Shown: positions 14,502 to 22,607 of the stretch, one piece after another
How positions within the stretch are numbered: the first letter of the stretch is position 1
Layout of the letters: every line of letters begins with the position of its first letter
DNA from: Promethearchaeota archaeon
GTDB lineage: Archaea; Asgardarchaeota; Hermodarchaeia; Hermodarchaeales; Hermodarchaeaceae
Assembly: GCA_048938295.1 (NCBI GenBank)
Contig: JBHLMI010000016.1
Location: 1-32,000, forward strand
Length of the DNA stretch: 32,000 bases
Direction: 5' to 3'
Program-made: the position numbers and the translations under genes
Notes under the pieces: generated by a model
What the model was told of the DNA's origin: nothing
Database searches by the model: none
What the model saw: the letters and a program-made list of their open reading frames with translations, nothing else

Positions 14502-16028
14502 CTAGCGCTTAGTTGCTCCTCGAGTGTCTTCAAGACCTCTATGTAATCGTATCTCTCGAATCTGGGCTTCCACCAGATACAATTCTTGAGTTAGGGAACG
14601 GTACTGTTTGAAGAATTTCTCATCAGATAGCTTCCCTTCCTCGAATTGCTTCTTGAGCAACTCCATAGTGGATTCGATACTAAACCGTTGCTGCTCTAGC
14701 TGAAAGACGGGATCTCGTTCCAACCCATCAGAACGTGGAGAAAACCGAGGATAATACCCATCGGGGTATGGATAGGGTCGAGCCCCCTCAGGTTGGCGAG
14801 ATTGGTCTCCGTCCTCAGGTGAGATTGCATAGTTGATGAGCTTGTCAAGTTCATCCCGTAGAGCTGTTACATCGACTTTCAGATTCAAAATACGTAGCGA
14901 ACCAGATGTTGTAACCAGACTATGTTCCGGGAAGCTGGTCGCCAAGTTAATGGCATCCGGGATGTCTTCTAGTACTTTCGAAGGCCCCCCAATTTTTAAC
15001 TCATCGTTTTCAGTGACTAGTCGAAGCCGTTTACGAATCCGTCCTTGAAGTTCTATGTCGTTAATTTCAGCAAGTGCCAATGTGTGAATAACTCGAGTTT
15101 CTTTGTTAAAGAAGCCTTTTCGTCCAAGAAAAAGCAGGCGTTTGTTAGTGATGAATAAGATTCCATTACCCATGCCTTCATTGGTGTCAGTCTTGTTAAG
15201 GTTCACTGGCTGAATAGCGGCAACAGGTCGTTCATTTTCGATAAGTTGCAGATGTTCGATGTGATTATCGAAGAGCTTGTGCCATTCAGCAATCTGGGTT
15301 AACCGGACCTCGATGTTAGCAAGCTTCACGTCTAGCTCATCGACAAGATCGCGACAATAGGCTTGGTAGTCTGCCACGTCTTCTTGGATCGCCTCGATTA
15401 GTCCCGCCAGCAAGGGAAAGTCTGTGATGGTCCAACGTTCTGGGTGCAAAAAGCGAATCTTGCTTGCCCGATGCCGTTCGACTACATTCCGTGCACGAAA
15501 GAGAATACGTTCCTGGACGCTAGCCAAGTCTGTTTTTATCAGGTCAAGGAGTTCCTTTTCAACATCAGGGTCATGCAGAAAACTCGCTGTTCGTAATTCT
15601 CGGATTCGCCAGCGTAAAATTCGCAACCGAGCAGCAAATCCTGATAGCAGTTCATGACCTGTTCTAAGCCGGTAATAAGTCGTCCCATAGCGACCAACCA
15701 GTTCTTGTCGCATGTTGTGAATTGGGACGATTCCTTCGGATCCACAATTGGGGCAAAGATAAACTCGGCGCGTCGCCAACTGGGCTGGTTCATCACATTG
15801 GGTGCAAACCCATTCACCCTCTTCCCGTTCTTCGATGGCGTCCGGTCCACAGCGAGCACAGGTGTAGAATTCGTTGTTGTCTTGACGTGAACAGGGGAGG
15901 CAAAAGACTTGTCCACATTCTTTGCAGTATCGTTCTGCCATATTGATATGGCAGGAGGGACAGAAACCACTGTTTTTTGGATCCACCGCTGGCTGGGACA
16001 TGAGCCTTCCGTTTCTTGGAAACCACAT
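14502..16028 (-). CDS. Multidomain protein: FYVE/B-box-like Zn finger + Zn ribbon + coiled coil + PH/GRAM-like domain + Vps23-like steadiness box
   Basis: Six CxxC pairs at the N-terminus (including CKECGQVFCLPCS), helical middle, GNGILFITNKRLLF PH-like strands, Pro/Tyr-rich linker, and C-terminal SIESTMELLKKQFEEGKLSDEKFFKQYRSLTQE. Alternative start ATG at 16001. Confidence 0.75.
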   Translation of the reverse strand: MWFPRNGRLMSQPAVDPKNSGFCPSCHINMAERYCKECGQVFCLPCSRQDNNEFYTCARCGPDAIEEREEGEWVCTQCDEPAQLATRRVYLCPNCGSEGIVPIHNMRQELVGRYGTTYYRLRTGHELLSGFAARLRILRWRIRELRTASFLHDPDVEKELLDLIKTDLASVQERILFRARNVVERHRASKIRFLHPERWTITDFPLLAGLIEAIQEDVADYQAYCRDLVDELDVKLANIEVRLTQIAEWHKLFDNHIEHLQLIENERPVAAIQPVNLNKTDTNEGMGNGILFITNKRLLFLGRKGFFNKETRVIHTLALAEINDIELQGRIRKRLRLVTENDELKIGGPSKVLEDIPDAINLATSFPEHSLVTTSGSLRILNLKVDVTALRDELDKLINYAISPEDGDQSRQPEGARPYPYPDGYYPRFSPRSDGLERDPVFQLEQQRFSIESTMELLKKQFEEGKLSDEKFFKQYRSLTQELYLVEAQIREIRLHRGLEDTRGATKR

Positions 16029-16068
16029 ATACTTTTCCTAATTCGGTAAAACGGGCTCAAAGAGGCTT

Positions 16069-16100
16069 GGAAACGGTTTTCCGTCCGACTTAAACCCTTG
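16069..16100. promoter_or_regulatory. AAACGGTTTTCC + AACCCTTG motif, copy B; includes a minus-strand TATA-like CAAGGGTTTAAG
   Basis: GGAAA-CGGT-TTTCC palindrome 41-54 bp upstream of the 16028 start, between the TATA-like box and the gene. Confidence 0.45.
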
Positions 16101-16134
16101 AGATAGCGCGCCGCTTCTCTTCACAAGAACCCGA

Positions 16135-16842
16135 TTATAGTCGCTTGATGACGACAATCCGTCGATTCAAAGGGAGGGCAACGTTGTAGATTCGCACTTT
16201 GTTCAGCTTGGCTTTAGGCAATCCGCGGTGTGCGTGTCCGTGAATTGCAAGCATTGGTGAATGCTTTTTGAGCAAGTTTTCGACCCGTTGACTGCCCATT
16301 TGAGCATGGGCTCGTCGTGTTTCACCTTTTAATGTCACAAAGGTTGGGGTGTAATGTGTGAGAAGAATCGAATATGGACTCAGTGCCTTTGCCTGCTCGA
16401 GTAAGGTATCGAGAGTATCAAGTCTTTTTGCATACACTTCTTTTATCCCCTTGATGTTTCGAGTCTGCCAAAAAGTGGGTTGATCAAGGACACCACGGCT
16501 CCCAACGATTGAGACCTGTTTTCCTCGAATTGGGAGTGTCACAAGTTCATCATCTAAGAATTGTATGATGTCTTGTCCTTGTGTGCGCATTGTATCTTTA
16601 ATAGAATCATAATCATCGTTCCCAAAACAAGCGAATATCGGGCACTCAAGTTTAGCTTCATTCAGCTTTCCAATGACAGGAGCAATGCTGCGTGGGTTCC
16701 CCCGATTCACAAGGTCACCTGCAATGAGTAAAAGGTCAAGTTTTGGCAGTTGTCGTAAAGATTTAATGAACAATCCCTGATACTGGGGCCAATGAATGTC
16801 ACTGGTGGCAGCAATTCGCAGCCTCGTTTTCTCCCCTTTCAT
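16135..16842 (-). CDS. Calcineurin-like metallophosphoesterase
   Basis: SDIH, AGDL, FGNDD, THY and HGHAH motifs. Confidence 0.9.
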   Translation of the reverse strand: MKGEKTRLRIAATSDIHWPQYQGLFIKSLRQLPKLDLLLIAGDLVNRGNPRSIAPVIGKLNEAKLECPIFACFGNDDYDSIKDTMRTQGQDIIQFLDDELVTLPIRGKQVSIVGSRGVLDQPTFWQTRNIKGIKEVYAKRLDTLDTLLEQAKALSPYSILLTHYTPTFVTLKGETRRAHAQMGSQRVENLLKKHSPMLAIHGHAHRGLPKAKLNKVRIYNVALPLNRRIVVIKRL

Positions 16843-17753
16843 ATAATAATGATTGATCCAAGCAGGTAGTTTAGCAGGCCTAAGTAAGCACCTAGTTTGT
16901 CAAAGAAACTAGCCCTTGTTGCGTCCTTCTTAGGGTTCCGTAGTATGATGATTGCTGATATTGCTACACAGAGGGACCCTGGAATTAACAACACGATGTA
17001 AAGAATGCCGGTCCATTGTAAACCCTGCATTTTAGCAATCCATGGTATCCAGAAGCCGATAATACCGATGGCATTACAGCTGGCTGCAGCGATAGCTGCT
17101 TTACGAGCTCCGTACTTTCGGGCAATTGTGTGAACATCACGAAGCGCATCGCCTTCTATATCTTCAATTCCTTTGATTATTTCTCGTCCCTGCAGAACAC
17201 TAGCAGCGGTTAAGAAATAGATGAAGATCACTGGTGGAATGAGCAAAAATGTGACCAGAGACCCATAGAACAGGCCGAAGGCAAAGCTAATCGCGACGGT
17301 GAAGTTCCCCCATATACCCATTAGCTTTCCTTTAGCTGCATAAGCTAGTCCGACAAGCGCAAACAGAGCCGCAATGGCAACCGTCCAAATACCAATCGCT
17401 GAGTATGGAATGGTCAGGGCTGAAAAGAACAGGGAGATTAGAACAAGTATCACAGTCCAAACCCTTGCTTGGCGTACTGTGATTTGTCCACTGGGTAAAG
17501 GCCGTTCAGGACGGTTGACCTTGTCCACCTCAATGTCGTAGATATCGTTGACCACATTGCCTGCTGAGGCGAGAAAAATGTAGGTGAGTGCTGTTAGAAA
17601 CAAGACGATGAAGAGTTCCAGAATTGTCCAGCGCACTAATGCAAAGTTGGTGATGATGAAGTAGTTTGTGGTGAGAATGCCGATAATGGCGGTGAGGCTA
17701 CCAAATAACGGATTTGCGGGGCGCATTATTGAGATGAATGGTTTCACTTTCAT
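16839..17753 (-). CDS. UbiA-family prenyltransferase, probably digeranylgeranylglyceryl phosphate synthase (DGGGPS)
   Basis: MRPAN, GNVVNDIYDIEVDKVNRPERPLPSG, GREIIKGIEDIEGD, multiple TM helices. Overlaps the phosphoesterase start by 4 nt. Confidence 0.85.
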   Translation of the reverse strand: MKVKPFISIMRPANPLFGSLTAIIGILTTNYFIITNFALVRWTILELFIVLFLTALTYIFLASAGNVVNDIYDIEVDKVNRPERPLPSGQITVRQARVWTVILVLISLFFSALTIPYSAIGIWTVAIAALFALVGLAYAAKGKLMGIWGNFTVAISFAFGLFYGSLVTFLLIPPVIFIYFLTAASVLQGREIIKGIEDIEGDALRDVHTIARKYGARKAAIAAASCNAIGIIGFWIPWIAKMQGLQWTGILYIVLLIPGSLCVAISAIIILRNPKKDATRASFFDKLGAYLGLLNYLLGSIIII

Positions 17754-17774
17754 GGGCTTCGCCTCATCGATGAA

Positions 17775-18923
17775 ATGAGCATTACCGCTTATCGCTTAAA
17801 TAGGAAACGGCATCGAGGATTAAACTCGGCAATTACTTTCAGTGACCCCTCTGCAGCATGTCTGTCTATTACAACAGACTGTCACGAATATCTAAAAAAG
17901 GGGTGGAATCCGCATGAAAAGCTGGGAAACAGCTTGTCGGACGAAAGTTCACATTTCAACTTCGAATCGCACCACACGACCGGGTTAATCCAACTCGGAT
18001 ACCTAATACAGAACCACCAAACCCACCCCTTTTCATTGACCCTTCAAGACCTCAACAACCTCTTTGTTGTCGGCCCCAGAGCTCAAGACATCTACTTCAA
18101 TCTACTCATACAACTTCATGACGATCACCGCATCCCAGTCATTGTCATTAAAGGAATGCCCTCGGAGGGTCTCGAAGAACAAGTCTGTGAAGGTCCGCTA
18201 TGGCATCTCGACTTAGAAAAGGATGGAATCACCTTCAACGCCTTGGACCTAGGCCATGGACAGCATACCTCGAAACAGGTTAGTATCCTCATTAGTCTCT
18301 TTGAAGAGTTTTATCCTCTCTCTCCAACAGCTCGGAATCTTCTTCATGTAATTATTTGGAAAACAATCCTGTCGGCTGCTCAACCGTCAATAGAGTATCT
18401 CCAAAATACCCTGCCATTTTATCATCATCATGGTGCTCCTTATCATGAAATACGACGACTAGTCGCTGCCCTCCCCCACGACGTTCTCAAATCTGATTAT
18501 GACAATGTCGCCTTATCTCGTATCACTCATCTTCCAACAATAATCTCGGTTACTGATACACCAACAAGCGTTTTTGCGATGAACCTACTGCTTATGAAGC
18601 TTATTGCACAAGAGGAAAATTCTCTTCCTCCCCTCTTCCTAGTTAATCTACCTGCGCTCTCTCAAAAGGTAGCCCAGTGGCTATTTGCCCGCTATAGGGC
18701 TGTAAAAAGCCCCTTAGTGTTTATTGAAACGAAGGTAACTCACTCAAATCCAATAGTCAATCAGGTTGGTAACTTCATACTCGCAAATGGTCTTGATGCA
18801 GTCCTTTCTCCCCTTGATCAAAGGCTAACAGAACGTGAACGGCATTTCCTCCAGCTGAACAGCGACCATATTGCCGTGCGGCTTCGTAGCGAGCCTGCGA
18901 CCCGATTTATTACCATCTTCTAA
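17775..18923 (+). CDS. Hypothetical protein, possibly a degenerate HerA/VirB4-like P-loop ATPase
   Basis: 382-aa open frame. TLQDLNNLFVVG...IPVIVIKG follows the HerA/DUF87 strand pattern but has no GKT/S. Start uncertain, only 21 bp from the divergent DGGGPS start. Confidence 0.55.
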   Translation: MSITAYRLNRKRHRGLNSAITFSDPSAACLSITTDCHEYLKKGWNPHEKLGNSLSDESSHFNFESHHTTGLIQLGYLIQNHQTHPFSLTLQDLNNLFVVGPRAQDIYFNLLIQLHDDHRIPVIVIKGMPSEGLEEQVCEGPLWHLDLEKDGITFNALDLGHGQHTSKQVSILISLFEEFYPLSPTARNLLHVIIWKTILSAAQPSIEYLQNTLPFYHHHGAPYHEIRRLVAALPHDVLKSDYDNVALSRITHLPTIISVTDTPTSVFAMNLLLMKLIAQEENSLPPLFLVNLPALSQKVAQWLFARYRAVKSPLVFIETKVTHSNPIVNQVGNFILANGLDAVLSPLDQRLTERERHFLQLNSDHIAVRLRSEPATRFITIF

Positions 18924-18958
18924 AGTGAAAACAACGCAGAAAAAATCACGCCACTGAA

Positions 18959-19168
18959 CTACTTGAGCTTTCCAATTTTTCCGTCAATGCGGGAAACAAG
19001 TTCCTTGTTGCCTAATCGTTCATACATCGAACGAGCTTGAGCGTAGAGCTCTTTGGCCTGGGGTACTTCACCAATCGCTGCATGGTGATCCGCTAGCTCT
19101 TCGAGGTTTTCACCCTTCTTTAGAAAATAAGCAGTCATTTGGTCACTTGGTTTTGACATCGCATACAC
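18959..19168 (-). CDS. Small helical hypothetical protein (single TPR-like hairpin)
   Basis: 69 aa; GEVPQAKELYAQARSMYERLG resembles a TPR/SNAP-like helix pair. It lies just downstream of aspS on the same strand. Confidence 0.6.
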   Translation of the reverse strand: MYAMSKPSDQMTAYFLKKGENLEELADHHAAIGEVPQAKELYAQARSMYERLGNKELVSRIDGKIGKLK

Positions 19169-19221
19169 CGTTCTACCCTGTATGCTGTTATCCTCTTGAA
19201 CTTACCTGTCTTAAGACATCT

Positions 19222-20541
19222 TTAGGGGACAAGTCGGGTTCGGTCCCGTGGAAAAAGAACTGCTTCACGGATGTTGGAGCAACCCAGCATTTGCATTGTC
19301 AACCTTTCGACGCCAATGGCGAGTCCTCCATGAGGTGGAGCTCCAAACTTGAAGGGCTCTACATAGAAGGCAAAGGTCTTGGGATTCAATCCTGTTTCCT
19401 TTAGTTTCTCGACTAACAGGTCATAGTTGTGGATCCGTTGACTTCCAGTAGTGACTTCCATTCCCCGATATATTAAATCGAAGCCCCGAGTGAGCGTTGG
19501 ATCACTTTCCAATGGCATTGTATAGAAAGGTCGAATGGCAGTTGGGTATCGGGTCAGAAAGAAGAACTCCTCGCCTGTTTCCGCTTTCACGCGGTTGTAG
19601 AGCTTTTCTTCCCCATCGCTAGGAATGTCAGAATCTGGAGGAAGGTCAAGCCCCTCATCACGCAACAATTCAAGGGCTTCCCGAACCTGAATCCGTTTAA
19701 TCGGAATTTTGGGTACATTAATCTCCGCATTGAGCTCTTTGAGTTCCTCTGCACAGGTTTTCTTGACCGTCTTGAAGGCATCTACAAGCATGTGCTCTTC
19801 AAGGCGCATTACTTCTTCTTCGTCTTGGATCCAAGCTATTTCATAATCAAAACTCGTGTATTCATTCAGGTGGCGTGGTGTATTGTGCTTCTCTGCGCGG
19901 TAGACTGGAGCAACTTCATAGACTCGGTCAAAGCCTGCCACGAGGCTCAGCTGCTTGTAAAACTGGGGGCTCTGGGCCAAGAAGGCCTTCCGTTCAAAGT
20001 ATTGCACTTCAAATAGGTCAGCTCCACCTTCAGTGGCTGTGGCAACGATTTTTGGAGTGTGAATTTCACGAAAACCATGCTCTTCGAGGAAGTGTCGCAT
20101 TCGAGAAACAGTGAAGTGCTGTATTTTGAAAAGGTGTTGTGCTTCTATTCGACGTAAATCAATGACACGATTATCGAATCGTGTGCCAATGTCTGCTTCA
20201 ACCTTCCCTGATGTATCTAGGGGCAGAGTTGCAGGAGCAGAATTTACCAATATAATTTGTTCAGGGATGAGTTCAACACCTCGTTGGGCCTGCTTCTCTG
20301 CCTTGAGCTTACCTTTCACCACAACGGCGTATTCATTATCCAGCTTGTCCAGCATCTCAAGGAGTTTAGGGGCTGTTTTTGCATGGGGGAGCGTACATTG
20401 TATCATTCCCTCTCGATCTCGAACCAAAAGAAAGCTAATCTTGCTTAAGCGTCGAATACGCTGCACCCATCCAGCAACCGTAATACTCGCTCCAGCCAAT
20501 TCCGGATTGAGCTCATTGGAATAGTGGGTTCGTTGTAGCAT
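19222..20541 (-). CDS. aspS: Aspartyl-tRNA synthetase, archaeal type
   Basis: OB-fold N-terminus, [26 protein letters not shown] (motif 2), [15 protein letters not shown] and [11 protein letters not shown] (motif 3). Confidence 0.95.
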   Translation of the reverse strand: MLQRTHYSNELNPELAGASITVAGWVQRIRRLSKISFLLVRDREGMIQCTLPHAKTAPKLLEMLDKLDNEYAVVVKGKLKAEKQAQRGVELIPEQIILVNSAPATLPLDTSGKVEADIGTRFDNRVIDLRRIEAQHLFKIQHFTVSRMRHFLEEHGFREIHTPKIVATATEGGADLFEVQYFERKAFLAQSPQFYKQLSLVAGFDRVYEVAPVYRAEKHNTPRHLNEYTSFDYEIAWIQDEEEVMRLEEHMLVDAFKTVKKTCAEELKELNAEINVPKIPIKRIQVREALELLRDEGLDLPPDSDIPSDGEEKLYNRVKAETGEEFFFLTRYPTAIRPFYTMPLESDPTLTRGFDLIYRGMEVTTGSQRIHNYDLLVEKLKETGLNPKTFAFYVEPFKFGAPPHGGLAIGVERLTMQMLGCSNIREAVLFPRDRTRLVP

Positions 20542-20648
20542 TCCGTTGCTGGTTTTTTTCAGTAATCTTGGTTTTGGCGTGATCTTTATCTACTCCTGCG
20601 GTTTCTCGGTCGATGCGCGTCTTAAACGTTTCTTCCTCAAGCTTCCGT

Positions 20649-21236
20649 TCATTTCTCGGATTTGATCGTAAATATCTCCTGTAACTCCTTGATCAAATCC
20701 ATTGCGTGGGGTACTTGGAGTTTGGTCACGGTTAATTGAGCGTGATCTAAGAATGGTTGAAAGGTTTCAGCTGGGAAACCTGTTTTAACTAGTTGCGCCG
20801 CATGTAAGACGGTGGCTAAGCGGTCCGCTGCTTCGACGAGCCGCGCAGCAAGAGATGCGCCTTTCTGATACTCTTTCCACAAATCCATGAGCGTTACTTG
20901 AAGTTTGGGTGGAAGATGGGCAAGGATGTTTCGCATCGCGCTATCCTCTGCCTTTTCCTTGGCTTTTCGAAAGTCAGAATCTATCCGTTGAGCACTCATC
21001 GGAATGTCACCGATTTCTGCTTCAGGGAGATCATGAATTAATGCCATGGCAAGAAGCCGTTGAATATCCACGGGCTCCTCTGATTGGAGCCCGAGAAGAA
21101 AGGCGAGTAAAGCTGTGGTGTGTGAATGTGCAGCAACGTTTTCAGCACTCGAGGGCGGGAGACCTCGAAGTAGCCAGCCAGTTCGGGGAATCCACTTAAG
21201 ACTATCACAAATTGAGAGAAATTGAAATAATGTCAT
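20649..21236 (-). CDS. HD-domain 5'-deoxynucleotidase (YfbR/HDDC2-like)
   Basis: LKWIPRTGW, ENVAAHS, IHDLPEAEIGD, EAADRL. Confidence 0.9.
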   Translation of the reverse strand: MTLFQFLSICDSLKWIPRTGWLLRGLPPSSAENVAAHSHTTALLAFLLGLQSEEPVDIQRLLAMALIHDLPEAEIGDIPMSAQRIDSDFRKAKEKAEDSAMRNILAHLPPKLQVTLMDLWKEYQKGASLAARLVEAADRLATVLHAAQLVKTGFPAETFQPFLDHAQLTVTKLQVPHAMDLIKELQEIFTIKSEK

Positions 21237-21270
21237 CCCTCACACTAAGGACTGGTCCTTGAAAAAAGGC

Positions 21271-21666
21271 TCACTTTTTAGCAAATAACGAGGCGATTTC
21301 GCGTCCAAAGTGTCGGAACACAGATACGACGTGTCCCAATGATTCAATCTTGACTCCTGCCCCAATGAGCACTAAAGGCCCAGCGTCTGTGACCACGATA
21401 ATGCCCTTTTCTCCACGAACGATAAGTTCAAACAATGGTTCGAAAGCCAGTTTTTGCACCGCTTCGATACCTGTCTGTAATAAGACCGCCGAAATGGCCG
21501 ATAGTAAATCTGGATCAATGTCAACACCCTTCGTGGAGCTGAAGGCTACCCTTCGGCCCGCTTTTGTAACCACTGCCAGCGTTTCAAGTTCTGTATACAA
21601 CGTGATTTCGCGTAGATACATTGCAAGTTGTTTGGCTTCTTCCTCGCTCATGGCAAACTGTTGCAT
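21271..21666 (-). CDS. Roadblock/LC7 (MglB-like) domain protein
   Basis: AVVTKAGRRVA...DLLSAISA...ELIVRGEKGIIVV...LGHV helix/strand pattern; 131 aa. Confidence 0.8.
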   Translation of the reverse strand: MQQFAMSEEEAKQLAMYLREITLYTELETLAVVTKAGRRVAFSSTKGVDIDPDLLSAISAVLLQTGIEAVQKLAFEPLFELIVRGEKGIIVVTDAGPLVLIGAGVKIESLGHVVSVFRHFGREIASLFAKK

Positions 21667-21684
21667 TTTATCCCCTCGTAAATC

Positions 21685-22512
21685 CTATGATTTTTGACGA
21701 CTCTTTTCACTTCGAGATGCTTCAATTAGTTCAGTAATCTGTCGTGCCATCTCTTCCTTTACAGCTTCCTTTTCATGAACATATTCTTCTTCCTCTAGAT
21801 GTTTGAGGAATTCGATAGCTAATACTTGTCCATCCTTAATCACTACCCGTGGGGTATATCCTTGGGCGAAGACAGTACCTTCAGGTAGCGAATCAATGCG
21901 CTGTAATTTTCGTGTTTTTATCGTTTTGCCTAAGACGCTAGTAGATTCCTCGGTGATGCCAAAGGCGTCGAACCCAATCAACACGAATTCTCGACGAAAA
22001 CCTGGAACTGGTTCTAGTTTTTCAACCTGTTCAATAATTTCAGATGGCACATGCGGAACATGTACCATTTGACGGTCTGATGTTCTAGTCGCTGTCACCA
22101 CAGCTTCCCGATAGTCTGCAGGTTTTGTTCCTTGGATTGGCGTTGGTTTAGGTGGTACAGCTACTGACTCCGCGGCTTGCCTTGGCATGGGTGGAGCAGC
22201 AGGTGGTGCTTTCATGGCCTCATCCGGCTTGGTTGACAGTGGTAATCCCATACATTCCAGGAATTTCTCTCCCTCTTGGCCTTGGTCCTCAGATAAGATC
22301 TTGTAGACAAGGCCTCGCTGGTCTCGGATTCCAGAAGCACGACGGGCTGCAATGAACTTTCGTCGAACGGGAGCGTCATTCCCTTTCCATATCCAAATTA
22401 GACGTTCCTCATCGTCGATGATAATGAGAACTTCATCGTCTTTCATATGGGTCTTCGCTGGAGCTCCATCGCTGATTTGTACTGTTTCACCGGTGTCAAC
22501 AATGCGGAGCAT
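21685..22512 (-). CDS. Gelsolin-like domain protein with Pro-rich linker and a C-terminal extra domain
   Basis: DEVLIIIDDEERLIWIWKG...RRKFIA...DQGQEGEKF is a single gelsolin repeat. ATG at 22512 chosen; the ORF track starts at TTG 22548. Confidence 0.8.
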   Translation of the reverse strand: MLRIVDTGETVQISDGAPAKTHMKDDEVLIIIDDEERLIWIWKGNDAPVRRKFIAARRASGIRDQRGLVYKILSEDQGQEGEKFLECMGLPLSTKPDEAMKAPPAAPPMPRQAAESVAVPPKPTPIQGTKPADYREAVVTATRTSDRQMVHVPHVPSEIIEQVEKLEPVPGFRREFVLIGFDAFGITEESTSVLGKTIKTRKLQRIDSLPEGTVFAQGYTPRVVIKDGQVLAIEFLKHLEEEEYVHEKEAVKEEMARQITELIEASRSEKSRQKS

Positions 22513-22607
22513 CACTAATTCTCTAGGCACGCAGGTCACCAACCCCAACGGACAGAACTACTTACCTCTATGTGTTAATAATTGTTTTCTGGGACTTGAG
22601 AGTTTAC

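Noticed and set aside
15539-16060. 173-aa same-strand ORF overlapping the steadiness-box gene in another frame
   Set aside because: Almost entirely nested in a motif-rich gene and has no recognisable features; treated as a shadow ORF.
19222-20541. Asparaginyl-tRNA synthetase
   Set aside because: RHLNEY and LFPRDRTRL are AspRS-type motifs.
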